64,000 bases of DNA from Eledone cirrhosa (taxonomy: Eukaryota): NCBI GenBank assembly GCA_964016885.1, contig OZ024742.1, positions 366,358,001-366,422,000 of the forward strand, given 5' to 3'. A program made the translations under genes and the position numbers. This document shows positions 15,001-30,000 of this stretch, piece by piece. Within the stretch, counting starts at the first letter, position 1, and each line of letters starts with the position of its first letter. The notes under the pieces are model-generated. The model was not told the origin of the DNA. It did no database searches and saw nothing but the letters and a program-made list of their open reading frames with translations.

Positions 15001-18000
15001 TCCAGAAAGAGCTTGACTGTTGGTCCGGACTGTGAGGGTCAAGTGGGCGATGTATTAAGTGACCCAGAAAGAGCTTGACTCTGGGTCCAGACTGTGATGG
15101 TCAAGTGGGCGATGTATTATGTCACCCAGATAGAGCTTGACTGTGGGTCCAGACTGTGAGGGTCAAGTGGGCGATGTATTAAGTCACCCAGATAGAGCTT
15201 GACTGTGGGTCCAGACTGTGAGGGTCAAGTGGGCGATGTATTAAGTAACCCAGATAGAGCTTGACTGTGGGTCCAGACTGTGAGGGTCAAGTGGGCGATG
15301 TATTAAGTCACCCAGATAGAGCTTGACTGTGGGTCCAGACTGTGAGGGTCAAGTGGGCGATGTATTAAGTCACCCAGAAAGAGCTTGACTGTGGATCCAG
15401 ACAGTGAGGGTCAAGTGGGCGATTTCTTAAGTCACCCAGAAAGATCTTGACTGTGGGTCCAGACTGTGAGGGTCAAGTGGGCGATGTATTAAGTCACCCA
15501 GATAGAGCTTGACTGTGGGTCCAGACTGTGAGCGTCAAGTGGGCAATGTATTAAGTCATCCAGAAAGAGCTTGACTGTTGGTCCGGACTGTGAGGGTCAA
15601 GTGGGCGATGTATTAAGTGACCCAGAAAGAGCTTGACTCTGGGTCCAGACTGTGATGGTCAAGTGGGCGATGTATTATGTCACCCAGATAGAGCTTGACT
15701 GTGGGTCCAGACTGTGAGGGTCAAGTGGGCGATGTATTAAGTCACCCAGATAGAGCTTGACTGTGGGTCCAGACTGTGAGGGTCAAGTGGGCGATGTATT
15801 AAGTAACCCAGATAGAGCTTGACTGTGGGTCCAGACTGTGAGGGTCAAGTGGGCGATGTATTAAGTCACCCAGATAGAGCTTGACTGTGGGTCCAGACTG
15901 TGAGGGTCAAGTGGGCGATGTATTAAGTCACCCAGAAAGAGCTTGACTGTGGATCCAGACAGTGAGGGTCAAGTGGGCGATTTCTTAAGTCACCCAGAAA
16001 GATCTTGACTGTGGGTCCAGACTGTGAGGGTCAAGTGGGCGATGTATTAAGTCACCCTGATAGAGCTTGACTGTGGGTCCAGACTGTGAGAGTCAAGTGG
16101 GCGATGTATTAAGTCACCCTGATAGAGCTTGACTGTGGGTCCAGACTGTGAGGGTCAAGTGGGCGATGTATTAAGTCACCCAGAAAGATCTTGACTGTGG
16201 GTCCAGACTCTGAGGGTCAAGTGGGCGATGTATTAAGTCACCCTGATAGAGCTTGACTGTGGGTCCAGACTGTGAGGGTCAAGTGGGCGATGTATTAAGT
16301 CACCCTGATAGAGCTTGACTGTGGGTCCAGACTGTGAGGGTCAAGTGGGCGATGTATTAAGTCACCCAGAAAGATCTTGACTGTGGGTCCAGACTCTGAG
16401 GGTCAAGTGGGCGATGTATTAAGTCACCCTGATAGAGCTTGACTGTGGGTCCAGACTGTGAGGGTCAAGTGGGCGATGTATTAAGTCACCCAGAAAGAGC
16501 TTGACTGTGGGTCCAGACTGTGAGGGTCAAGTGGGCGATGTATTAAGTCACCCAGAAAGAGCTTGACTCTGGGTCCAGACTGTGAGGTTCAAGTGGGCGA
16601 TGTATTAAGTCCCCCAGAAAGAGCTTGACTGTGGGTCCAGACTGTGAGGGTCAAGTGGGCGATGTATTAAGTCACCCAGATAGAGCTTGACTCTGGGTCC
16701 AGACTGTGAGGTTCAAGTGGGCGATGTATTAAGTGACCCAGAAAGAGCTCGACTGTGGGTCCAGCCTGTGAGGGTAAAGTGGGCGATGTATTAAGTCCCC
16801 CAGAAAGAGCTTGACTGTGGGTCCAGACTGTGAGGGTCAAGTGGGCGATGTATTAAGTCACCCAGATAGAGCTTGACTCTGGGTCCAGACTGTGAGGGTC
16901 AAGTGGGCGATGTATTAAGTGACCCAGAAAGAGCTTGACTGTGGGTCCAGACTGTGAGGGTAAAGTGGGCGATGTATTAAGTCACCCAGTTAGAGCTTGA
17001 CTGTGGGTCCAGACTGTGAGGGTCAAGTGGGCGATGTATTAAGTCACCCTGATAGAGCTTGAATGTGGGTCCAGACTGTGAGGGTCAATTGGGCGATGTA
17101 TTAAGTCACCCAGAAAGAGCTTGACTGTGGGTCCAGACTGTGAGGATCAAGTGGGCGATGTATTAAGTCACCCAGAAAGAGCTTGACTGTGGGTCCAGAC
17201 TGTGAGGGTCAAGTGGGCGATGTATTAAGTCACCCAGATAGAGCTTGACTCTGGGTCCAGACTGTGAGGGTCAAGTGGGCGATGTATTAAGTCACCCAGA
17301 TAGAGCTTGACTGTGGGTCCAGACTGTGAGGGTCAAGTGGGCGATGTATTAAGTCACCCAGAAAGAGCTTGACTGTGGGTCCAGACTGTGAGGGTCAAGT
17401 GGGCGATGTATTAGGTGACACAGAAAGAGCTTGACTGTGGGTCCAGACTGTTAGGGTCAAGTGGGCGATGTATTAAGTCACCCAGATAGAGCTTGACTGT
17501 GGGTCCAGACTGTGAGCGTCAAGTGGGCGATGTATTAAGTCACCCAGAAAGAGCTTGACTGTGGGTCAGAGACTGTGAGGGTCAAGCGGGCGATGTATTA
17601 AGTCACACAGATAGAGCTTGACTGTGGGTCCAGACTGTGAGGGTAAAGTGGGCGATGTATTAGGTGACCCAGAAAGAGCTTGACTGTGGGTCCAGACTGT
17701 TAGGGTCAAGTGGGCGATGTATTAAGTCACCCAGATAGAGCTTGACTGTGGGTCCAGACTGTGAGCGTCAAGTGGGCAATGTATTAAGTCATCCAGAAAG
17801 AGCTTGACTGTTGGTCCGGACTGTGAGGGTCAAGTGGGCGATGTATTAAGTGACCCAGAAAGAGCTTGACTCTGGGTCCAGACTGTGATGGTCAAGTGGG
17901 CGATGTATTATGTCACCCAGATAGAGCTTGACTGTGGGTCCAGACTGTGAGGGTCAAGTGGGCGATGTATTAAGTCACCCAGATAGAGCTTGACTGTGGG

Positions 18001-21000
18001 TCCAGACTGTGAGGGTCAAGTGGGCGATGTATTAAGTAACCCAGATAGAGCTTGACTGTGGGTCCAGACTGTGAGGGTCAAGTGGGCGATGTATTAAGTC
18101 ACCCAGATAGAGCTTGACTGTGGGTCCAGACTGTGAGGGTCAAGTGGGCGATGTATTAAGTCACCCAGAAAGAGCTTGATTGTGGATCCAGACAGTGAGG
18201 GTCAAGTGGGCGATTTCTTAAGTCACCCAGAAAGATCTTGACTGTGGGTCCAGACTGTGAGGGTCAAGTGGGCGATGTATTAAGTCACCCAGATAGAGCT
18301 TGACTGTGGGTCCAGACTGTGAGCGTCAAGTGGGCAATGTATTAAGTCATCCAGAAAGAGCTTGACTGTTGGTCCGGACTGTGAGGGTCAAGTGGGCGAT
18401 GTATTAAGTGACCCAGAAAGAGCTTGACTCTGGGTCCAGACTGTGATGGTCAAGTGGGCGATGTATTATGTCACCCAGATAGAGCTTGACTGTGGGTCCA
18501 GACTGTGAGGGTCAAGTGGGCGATGTATTAAGTCACCCAGATAGAGCTTGACTGTGGGTCCAGACTGTGAGGGTCAAGTGGGCGATGTATTAAGTAACCC
18601 AGATAGAGCTTGACTGTGGGTCCAGACTGTGAGGGTCAAGTGGGCGATGTATTAAGTCACCCAGATAGAGCTTGACTGTGGGTCCAGACTGTGAGGGTCA
18701 AGTGGGCGATGTATTAAGTCACCCAGAAAGAGCTTGACTGTGGATCCAGACAGTGAGGGTCAAGTGGGCGATTTCTTAAGTCACCCAGAAAGATCTTGAC
18801 TGTGGGTCCAGACTGTGAGGGTCAAGTGGGCGATGTATTAAGTCACCCAGATAGAGCTTTACTGTGGGTCCAGACTCTGAGGGTCAAGTGGGCGATGTAT
18901 TAAATCACCCTGATAGAGCTTGACTGTGGGTCCAGACTGTGAGGGTCAAGTGGGCGATGTATTAAGTCACCCAGAAAGAGCTTGACTGTGGGTCCAGACT
19001 GTGAGGGTCAAGTGGGCGATGTATTAAGTCACCCAGAAAGAGCTTGACTGTGGGTCCAGACTGTGAGGTTCAAGTGGGCAATGTATTAAGTCACCCAGAT
19101 AGAGCTTGACTCTGGGTCCAGACTGTGAGGGTCAAGTGGGCGATGTATTAAGTGACCCAGAAAGAGCTTGACTGTGGGTCCAGACTGTGAGGGTCAAGTG
19201 GGCGATGTATTAAGTCACCCAGAAAGAGCTTGACTGTGGGTCCAGACTGTGAGGTTCAAGTGGGCGATGTATTAAGTGACCCAGAAAGAGCTCGACTGTG
19301 GTTCCAGCCTGTGAGGGTAAAGTGGGCGATGTATTAAGTCACCCAGAAAGAGCTTGACTGTGGGTCCAGACTGTGAGGGTCAAGTGGGCGATGTATTAAG
19401 TCACCCAGATAGAGCTTGACTCTGGGTCCAGACTGTGAGGGTCAAGTGGGCGATGTATTAAGTGACCCAGAAAGAGCTTGACTGTGGGTCCAGACTGTGA
19501 GGGTAAAGTGGGCGATGCATTAAGTCACCCAGTTAGAGCTTGACTGTGGGTCCAGATTGTGAGGGTCAAGTGGGCGATGTATTAAGTCACCCAGAAAGAG
19601 CTTGACTGTGGATCCAGACTGTGAGGGTCAAGTGGGCGATTTCTTAAGTCACCCAGAAAGATCTTGACTGTGGGTCCAGACTGTGAGGGTCAAGTGGGCG
19701 ATGTATTAAGTCACCCAGATAGAGCTTTACTGTGGGTCCAGACTCTGAGGGTCAAGTGGGCGATGTATTAAGTAACCCAGATAGAGCTTGACTGTGGGTC
19801 CAGACTGTGAGGGTCAAGTGGGCGATGTATTAAGTCACCCAGAAAGAGCTTGACTGTGGGTCCAGACTGTGAGGTTCAAGTGGGCAATGTATTAAGTAAC
19901 CCAGATAGAGCTTGACTGTTGGTCCAGACTGTGAGGGTCAAGTGGGCGATGTATTAAGTCACCCAGAAAGAGCTTGACTGTGGGTCCAGACTGTGAGGGT
20001 CAAGTGGGCGATGTATTAAGTCACCCAGAAAGAGCTTGACTGTGGGTCCAGACTGTGAGGGTCAAGTGGGCGATGTATTAAGTCACCCAGAAAGAGCTTG
20101 ACTGTGGGTCCAGCCTGTGAGGGTAAAGTGGGCGATGTATTAAGTCACCCAGAAAGAGCTCGACTGTGGGTCCAGCCTGTGAGGGTAAAGTGGGCGATGT
20201 ATTAAGTCACCCAGAAAGAGCTTGACTGTGGGTCCAGACTGTGAGGGTCAAGTGGGCGATGTATTAAGTGACCCAGAAAGAGCTCGACTGTGGGTCCAGC
20301 CTGTGAGGGTAAAGTGGGCGATGTATTAAGTCACCCAGAAAGAGCTTGACTGTGGGTCCAGACTGTGAGGGTCAAGTGGGCGATGTATTAAGTCACCCAG
20401 ATAGAGCTTGACTCTGGGTCCAGACTGTGAGGGTCAAGTGGGCGATGTATTAAGTGACCCAGAAAGAGCTTGACTGTGGGTCCAGACTGTGAGGGTAAAG
20501 TGGGCGATGTATTAAGTCACCCAGTTAGAGCTTGACTGTGGGTCCAGATTGTGAGGGTCAAGTGGGCGATGTATTAAGTCACCCTAATAGAGCTTGAATG
20601 TGGGTCCAGACTGTGAGGGTCAAGTGGGCGATGTATTAAGTCACCCAGAAAGAGCTTGACTGTGGGTCCAGACTGTGAGGGTCAAGTGGGCGATGTATTA
20701 GGTGACCCAGAAAGAGCTTGACTGTGGGTCTAGACTGTTAGGGTCAAGTGGGCGATGTATTAAGTCACCCAGATAGAGCTTGACTGTGGGTCCAGACTGT
20801 GAGCGTCAAGTGGGCGATGTATTAAGTCACCCAGAAAGAGCTTGACTGTGGGTCAGAGACTGTGAGGGTCAAGCGGGCGATGTATTAAGTCACCCAGATA
20901 GAGCTTGACTGTGGGTCCAGACTGTGAGGGTAAAGTGGGCGATGTATTAGGTGACCCAGAAAGAGCTTGACTGTGGGTCCAGACTGTTACGGTCAAGTGG

Positions 21001-24000
21001 GCGATGTATTAAGTCACCCAGATAGAGCTTGACTGTGGGTCCAGACTGTGAGCGTCAAGTGGGCGATGTATTAAGTCATCCAGAAAGAGCTTGACTGTTG
21101 GTCCGGACTGTGAGGGTCAAGTGGGCGATGTATTAAGTGACCCAGAAAGAGCTTGACTCTGGGTCCAGACTGTGATGGTCAAGTGGGCGATGTATTAAGT
21201 CACCCAGATAGAGCTTGACTGTGGGTCCAGACTGTGAGGGTCAAGTGGGCGATGTATTAAGTCACCCAGATAGAGCTTGACTGTGGGTCCAGACTGTGAG
21301 GGTCAAGTGGGCGATGTATTAAGTCACCCAGATAGAGCTTGACTGTGGGTCCAGACTGTGAGGGTCAAGTGGGCGATGTATTAAGTCACCCAGAAAGAGC
21401 TTGACTGTGGATCCAGACTGTGAGGGTCAAGTGGGCGATTTCTTAAGTCACCCAGAAAGATCTTAACTGTGGGTCCAGACTGTGAGGGTCAAGTGGGCGA
21501 TGTATTAAGTCACCCAGATAGAGCTTTACTGTGGGTCCACACTCTGAGGGTCAAGTGGGCGATGTATTAAGCAACCCAGATAGAGCTTGACTGTGGGTCC
21601 AGACTGTGAGGGTCAAGTGGGCGATGTATTAAGTCACCCAGAAAGAGCTTGACTGTGGGTCCAGACTGTGAGGGTCAAGTGGGCGATGTATTAAGTCACC
21701 CAGAAAGAGCTTGACTGTGGGTCCAGACTGTGAGGTTCAAGTGGGCAATGTATTAAGTAACCCAGATAGAGCTTGACTGTTGGTCCAGACTGTGAGGGTC
21801 AAGTGGGCGATGTATAAAGTCACCCAGAAAGAGCTTGACTGTGGGTCCAGACTGTGAGGGTCAAGTGGGCGATGTATTAAGTCACCCAGAAAGAGCTTGA
21901 CTGTGGGTCTAGACTGTGAGGTTCAAGTGGGCGATGTATTAAGTGACCCAGAAAGAGCTCGACTGTGGGTCCAGCCTGTGAGGGTAAAGTGGGCGATGTA
22001 TTAAGTCACCCAGAAAGAGCTTGACTGTGGGTCCAGACTGTGAGGGTCAAGTGGGCGATGTATTAAATCACCCAGATAGAGCTTGACTCTGGGTCCAGAC
22101 TGTGAGGGTCAAGTGGGCGATGTATTAAGTGACCCAGAAAGAGCTTGACTGTGGGTCCAGACTGTGAGGGTAAAGTGGGCGATGTATTAAGTCACCCAGT
22201 TAGAGCTTGACTGTGGGTCCAGACTGTGAGGGTCAAGTGGGCGATGTATTAAGTCACCCTGATAGAGCTTGAATGTGGGTCCAGACTGTGAGGGTCAAGT
22301 GGGCGATGTATTAAGTCACCCAGAAAGAGCTTGACTGTGGGTCCAGACTGTGAGGGTAAAGTGGGCGATTTCTTAAGTCACCCAGAAAGATCTTGACTGT
22401 GGGTCCAGACTGTGAGGGTCAAGTGGGCGATGTATTAAGTCACCCAGATAGAGCTTGACTCTAGGTCCAGACTGTGAGGGTCAAGTGGGCGATGTATTAA
22501 GTCACCCAGAAAGAGCTTGACTGTGGGTCCAGACTGTGAGGATCAAGTGGGCGATGTATTAAGTCACCCAGAAAGAGCTTGACTGTGGGTCCAGACTGTG
22601 AGGGTCAAGTGGGCGATGTATTAAGTCACCCAGATAGAGCTTGACTCTGGGTCCAGACTGTGAGGGTCAAGTTGGCGATGTATTAAGTCACCCAGAAAGA
22701 GCTTGACTGTGGGTCCAGACTGTGAGGGTCAAGTGGGCGATGTATTAGGTGACCCAGAAAGAGCTTGACTGTGGGTCCAGACTGTTAGGGTCAAGTGGGC
22801 GATGTATTATGTCACCCAGATAGAGCTTGACTGTGGGTCCAGACTGTGAGGGTAAAGTGGGCGATGTATTAAGTAACCCAGATAGAGCTTGACTGTGGGT
22901 CCAGACTGTGAGGGTAAAGTGGGCGATGTATTAGGTGACCCAGAAAGAGCTTGACTGTGGGTCAGAGACTGTGAGGGTCAAGCGGGCGATGTATTAAGTC
23001 ACCCAGATAGAGCTTGACTGTGGGTCCAGACTGTGAGGGTAAAGTGGGCGATGTATTAGGTGACCCAGAAAGAGCTTGACTGTGGGTCCAGACTGTTAGG
23101 GTCAAGTGGGCGATGTATTAAGTCACCCAGATAGAGCTTGACTGTGGGTCCAGACTGTGAGGGTAAAGTGGGCGATGTATTAGGTGACCCAGAAAGAGCT
23201 TGACTGTGGGTCCAGACTGTTAGGGTCAAGTGGGCGATGTATTAAGTCACCCAGATAGAGCTTGACTGTGGGTCCAGACTGTGAGCGTCAAGTGGGCGAT
23301 GTATTAAGTAACCCAGATAGAGCTTGACTGTGGGTCCAGACTGTGAGGGTCAAGTGGGCAATGTATTAAGTCATCCAGAAAGAGCTTGACTGTTGGTCCG
23401 GACTGTGAGGGTCAAGTGGGCGATGTATTAAGTGACCCAGAAAGAGCTTGACTCTGGGTCCAGACTGTGATGGTCAAGTGGGCGATGTATTATGTCACCC
23501 AGATAGAGCTTGACTGTGGGTCCAGACTGTGAGGGTCAAGTGGGCGATGTATTAAGTCACCCAGATAGAGCTTGACTGTGGGTCCAGACTGTGAGGGTCA
23601 AGTGGGCGATGTATTAAGTAACCCAGATAGAGCTTGACTGTGGGTCCAGACTGTGAGGGTCAAGTGGGCGTGGTATTAAGTCACCCAGATAGAGCTTGAC
23701 TGTGGGTCCAGACTGTGAGGGTAAAGTGGGCGATGTATTAGGTGACCCAGAAAGAGCTTGACTGTGGGTCCAGACTGTGAGGGTCAAGTGGGCGATGTAT
23801 TAAGTGACCCAGAAAGAGCTTGACTGTGGGTCCAGACTGTGAGCGTCAAGTGGGCGATGTATTAAGTCATCCAGAAAGAGCTTGACTGTGGGTCCGGACT
23901 GTGAGGGTCAAGTGGGCGATGTATTAAGTGACCCAGAAAGAGCTTGACTCTGGGTCCAGACTGTGATGGTCAAGTGGGCGATGTATTAAGTCACCCAGAT

Positions 24001-27000
24001 AGAGCTTGACTGTGGGTCCAGACTGTGAGGGTCAAGTGGGCGATGTATTAAGTCACCCAGATAGAGCTTGACTGTGGGTCCAGACTGTGAGGGTCAAGTG
24101 GGCGATGTATTAAGTCACCCAGAAAGATCTTGACTGTGGGTCCAGACTGTGAGGGTCAAGTGGGCGATGTATTAAGTCACCCAGAAAGAGCTTGACTGTG
24201 GATCCAGACTGTGAGGGTCAAGTGGGCGATTTCTTAAGTCACCCAGAAAGATCTTAACTGTGGGTCCAGACTGTGAGGGTCAAGTGGGCGATGTATTAAG
24301 TCACCCAGATAGAGCTTTACTGTGGGTCCAGACTGTGAGGTTCAAGTGGGCAATGTATTAAGTAACCCAGATAGAGCTTGACTGTTGGTCCAGACTGTGA
24401 GGGTCAAGTGGGCGATGTATAAAGTCACCCAGAAAGAGCTTGACTGTGGGTCCAGACTGTGAGGGTAAAGTGGGCGATGTATTAAGTCACCCAGTTAGAG
24501 CTTGACTGTGGGTCCAGACTGTGAGGGTCAAGTGGGCGATGTATTAAGTCACCCTGATAGAGCTTGAATGTGGGTCCAGACTGTGAGGGTCAAGTGGGCG
24601 ATGTATTAAGTCACCCAGAAAGAGCTTGACTGTGGGTCCAGACTGTGAGGGTAAAGTGGGCGATTTCTTAAGTCACCCAGAAAGATCTTGACTGTGGGTC
24701 CAGACTGTGAGGGTCAAGTGGGCGATGTATTAAGTCACCCATATAGAGCTTGACTCTAGGTCCAGACTGTGAGGGTCAAGTGGGCGATGTATAAAGTCAC
24801 CCAGAAAGAGCTTGACTGTGGGTCCAGACTGTGAGGGTCAAGTGGGCGATGTATTAGGTGACCCAGAAAGAGCTTGACTGTGGGTCCAGACTGTTAGGGT
24901 CAAGTGGGCGATGTATTATGTCACCCAGATAGAGCTTGACTGTGGGTCCAGACTGTGAGGGTAAAGTGGGCGATGTATTAAGTAACCCAGATAGAGCTTG
25001 ACTGTGGGTCCAGACTGTGAGGTTCAAGTGGGCGATGTATTAAGTGACCCAGAAAGAGCTCGACTGTGGGTCCAGCCTGTGAGGGTAAAGTGGGCGATGT
25101 ATTAAGTCACCCAGAAAGAGCTTGACTGTGGGTCCAGACTGTGAGGGTCAAGTGGGCGATGTATTAAGTCACCCAGATAGAGCTTGACTGTGGGTCCAGA
25201 CTGTGAGGGTCAAGTGGGCGATGTATTAAGTCACCCAGAAAGAGCTTGACTGTGGGTCCAGACTGTGAAGGTCAAGTGGGCGATGTATTAAGTAACCCAG
25301 ATAGAGCTTGACTGTTGGTCCAGACTGTGAGGGTCAAGTGGGCGATGTATTAAGTCACCCAGAAAGAGCTTGACTGTGGGTCCAGACTGTGAAGGTCAAG
25401 TGGGCGATGTATTAAGTCACCCAGAAAGAGCTTGACTGTGGGTCCAGACTGTGAAGGTCAAGTGGGCGATGTATTAAGTAACCCAGATAGAGCTTGACTG
25501 TTGGTCCAGACTGTGAGGGTCAAGTGGGCGATGTATTAAGTCACCCAGAAAGAGCTTGACTGTGGGTCCAGACTGTGAAGGTCAAGTGGGCGATGTATTA
25601 AGTCACCCAGAAAGAGCTTGACTGTGGGTCCAGACTGTGAGGGTAAAGTGGGCGATTCTTAAGTCACCCAGAAAGATCTTGACTGTGGGTCCAGACTGTG
25701 AGGGTCAAGTGGGCGATGTATTAAGTCACCCAGATAGAGCTTGACTCTAGGTCCAGACTGTGAGGGTCAAGTGGGCGATGTATTAAGTCACCCAGAAAGA
25801 GCTTGACTGTGGGTCCAGACTGTGAGGATCAAGTGGGCGATGTATTAAGTCACCCAGAAAGAGCTTGACTGTGGGTTCAGACTGTGAGGGTCAAGTGGGC
25901 GATGTATTAAGTCACCCTGATAGAGCTTGAATGTGGGTCCAGACTGTGAGGGTCAAGTGGGCGATGTATTAAGTCACCCAGAAAGAGCTTGACTGTGGGT
26001 CCAGACTGTGAGGGTAAAGTGGGCGATTTCTTAAGTCACCCAGAAAGATCTTGACTGTGGGTCCAGACTGTGAGGGTCAAGTGGGCGATGTATTAAGTCA
26101 CCCAGATAGAGCTTGACTCTAGGTCCAGACTGTGAGGGTCAAGTGGGCGATGTATTAAGTCACCCAGAAAGAGCTTGACTGTGGGTCCAGACTGTGAGGA
26201 TCAAGTGGGCGATGTATTAAGTCACCCAGAAAGAGCTTGACTGTGGGTCCAGACTGTGAGGGTCAAGTGGGCGATGTATTAAGTCACCCAGATAGAGCTT
26301 GACTCTGGGTCCAGACTGTGAGGGTCAAGTTGGCGATGTATTAAGTCACCCAGAAAGAGCTTGACTGTGGGTCCAGACTGTGAGGGTCAAGTGGGCGATG
26401 TATTAGGTGACCCAGAAAGAGCTTGACTGTGGGTCCAGACTGTTAGGGTCAAGTGGGCGATGTATTATGTCACCCAGATAGAGCTTGACTGTGGGTCCAG
26501 ACTGTGAGGGTAAAGTGGGCGATGTATTAAGTAACCCAGATAGAGCTTGACTGTGGGTCCAGACTGTGAGGGTAAAGTGGGCGATGTATTAGGTGACCCA
26601 GAAAGAGCTTGACTGTGGGTCAGAGACTGTGAGGGTCAAGCGGGCGATGTATTAAGTCACCCAGATAGAGCTTGACTGTGGGTCCAGACTGTGAGGGTAA
26701 AGTGGGCGATGTATTAGGTGACCCAGAAAGAGCTTGACTGTGGGTCCAGACTGTTAGGGTCAAGTGGGCGATGTATTAAGTCACCCAGATAGAGCTTGAC
26801 TGTGGGTCCAGACTGTGAGGGTAAAGTGGGCGATGTATTAGGTGACCCAGAAAGAGCTTGACTGTGGGTCCAGACTGTTAGGGTCAAGTGGGCGATGTAT
26901 TAAGTCACCCAGATAGAGCTTGACTGTGGGTCCAGACTGTGAGCGTCAAGTGGGCGATGTATTAAGTAACCCAGATAGAGCTTGACTGTGGGTCCAGACT

Positions 27001-30000
27001 GTGAGGGTCAAGTGGGCAATGTATTAAGTCATCCAGAAAGAGCTTGACTGTTGGTCCGGACTGTGAGGGTCAAGTGGGCGATGTATTAAGTGACCCAGAA
27101 AGAGCTTGACTCTGGGTCCAGACTGTGATGGTCAAGTGGGCGATGTATTATGTCACCCAGATAGAGCTTGACTGTGGGTCCAGACTGTGAGGGTCAAGTG
27201 GGCGATGTATTAAGTCACCCAGATAGAGCTTGACTGTGGGTCCAGACTGTGAGGGTCAAGTGGGCGATGTATTAAGTAACCCAGATAGAGCTTGACTGTG
27301 GGTCCAGACTGTGAGGGTCAAGTGGGCGATGTATTAAGTCACCCTGATAGAGCTTGAATGTGGGTCCAGACTGTGAGGGTCAAGTGGGCGATGTATTAAG
27401 TCACCCAGAAAGAGCTTGACTGTGGGTCCAGACTGTGAGGGTAAAGTGGGCGATTTCTTAAGTCACCCAGAAAGATCTTGACTGTGGGTCCAGACTGTGA
27501 GGGTCAAGTGGGCGATGTATTAAGTCACCCAGATAGAGCTTGACTCTAGGTCCAGACTGTGAGGGTCAAGTGGGCGATGTATTAAGTCACCCAGAAAGAG
27601 CTTGACTGTGGGTCCAGACTGTGAGGATCAAGTGGGCGATGTATTAAGTCACCCAGAAAGAGCTTGACTGTGGGTCCAGACTGTGAGGGTCAAGTGGGCG
27701 ATGTATTAAGTCACCCAGATAGAGCTTGACTCTGGGTCCAGACTGTGAGGGTCAAGTTGGCGATGTATTAAGTCACCCAGAAAGAGCTTGACTGTGGGTC
27801 CAGACTGTGAGGGTCAAGTGGGCGATGTATTAGGTGACCCAGAAAGAGCTTGACTGTGGGTCCAGACTGTTAGGGTCAAGTGGGCGATGTATTATGTCAC
27901 CCAGATAGAGCTTGACTGTGGGTCCAGACTGTGAGGGTAAAGTGGGCGATGTATTAAGTAACCCAGATAGAGCTTGACTGTGGGTCCAGACTGTGAGGGT
28001 AAAGTGGGCGATGTATTAGGTGACCCAGAAAGAGCTTGACTGTGGGTCAGAGACTGTGAGGGTCAAGCGGGCGATGTATTAAGTCACCCAGATAGAGCTT
28101 GACTGTGGGTCCAGACTGTGAGGGTAAAGTGGGCGATGTATTAGGTGACCCAGAAAGAGCTTGACTGTGGGTCCAGACTGTTAGGGTCAAGTGGGCGATG
28201 TATTAAGTCACCCAGATAGAGCTTGACTGTGGGTCCAGACTGTGAGGGTAAAGTGGGCGATGTATTAGGTGACCCAGAAAGAGCTTGACTGTGGGTCCAG
28301 ACTGTTAGGGTCAAGTGGGCGATGTATTAAGTCACCCAGATAGAGCTTGACTGTGGGTCCAGACTGTGAGCGTCAAGTGGGCGATGTATTAAGTAACCCA
28401 GATAGAGCTTGACTGTGGGTCCAGACTGTGAGGGTCAAGTGGGCAATGTATTAAGTCATCCAGAAAGAGCTTGACTGTTGGTCCGGACTGTGAGGGTCAA
28501 GTGGGCGATGTATTAAGTGACCCAGAAAGAGCTTGACTCTGGGTCCAGACTGTGATGGTCAAGTGGGCGATGTATTATGTCACCCAGATAGAGCTTGACT
28601 GTGGGTCCAGACTGTGAGGGTCAAGTGGGCGATGTATTAAGTCACCCAGATAGAGCTTGACTGTGGGTCCAGACTGTGAGGGTCAAGTGGGCGATGTATT
28701 AAGTAACCCAGATAGAGCTTGACTGTGGGTCCAGACTGTGAGGGTCAAGTGGGCGTGGTATTAAGTCACCCAGATAGAGCGTGACTGTGGGTCCAGACTG
28801 TGAGGGTAAAGTGGGCGATGTATTAGGTGACCCAGAAAGAGCTTGACTGTGGGTCCAGACTGTGAGGGTCAAGTGGGCGATGTATTAAGTGACCCAGAAA
28901 GAGCTTGACTGTGGGTCCAGACTGTGAGCGTCAAGTGGGCGATGTATTAAGTCATCCAGAAAGAGCTTGACTGTGGGTCCGGACTGTGAGGGTCAAGTGG
29001 GCGATGTATTAAGTGACCCAGAAAGAGCTTGACTCTGGGTCCAGACTGTGATGGTCAAGTGGGCGATGTATTAAGTCACCCAGATAGAGCTTGACTGTGG
29101 GTCCAGACTGTGAGGGTCAAGTGGGCGATGTATTAAGTCACCCAGATAGAGCTTGACTGTGGGTCCAGACTGTGAGGGTCAAGTGGGCGATGTATTAAGT
29201 CACCCAGAAAGATCTTGACTGTGGGTCCAGACTGTGAGGGTCAAGTGGGCGATGTATTAAGTCACCCAGAAAGAGCTTGACTGTGGATCCAGACTGTGAG
29301 GGTCAAGTGGGCGATTTCTTAAGTCACCCAGAAAGATCTTAACTGTGGGTCCAGACTGTGAGGGTCAAGTGGGCGATGTATTAAGTCACCCAGATAGAGC
29401 TTTACTGTGGGTCCAGACTGTGAGGTTCAAGTGGGCAATGTATTAAGTAACCCAGATAGAGCTTGACTGTTGGTCCAGACTGTGAGGGTCAAGTGGGCGA
29501 TGTATAAAGTCACCCAGAAAGAGCTTGACTGTGGGTCCAGACTGTGAGGGTCAAGTGGGCGATGTATTAAGTCACCCAGAAAGAGCTTGACTGTGGGTCC
29601 AGACTGTGAGGGTAAAGTGGGCGATGTATTAAGTCACCCAGTTAGAGCTTGACTGTGGGTCCAGACTGTGAGGGTCAAGTGGGCGATGTATTAAGTCACC
29701 CTGATAGAGCTTGAATGTGGGTCCAGACTGTGAGGGTCAAGTGGGCGATGTATTAAGTCACCCAGAAAGAGCTTGACTGTGGGTCCAGACTGTGAGGGTA
29801 AAGTGGGCGATTTCTTAAGTCACCCAGAAAGATCTTGACTGTGGGTCCAGACTGTGAGGGTCAAGTGGGCGATGTATTAAGTCACCCATATAGAGCTTGA
29901 CTCTAGGTCCAGACTGTGAGGGTCAAGTGGGCGATGTATAAAGTCACCCAGAAAGAGCTTGACTGTGGGTCCAGACTGTGAGGGTCAAGTGGGCGATGTA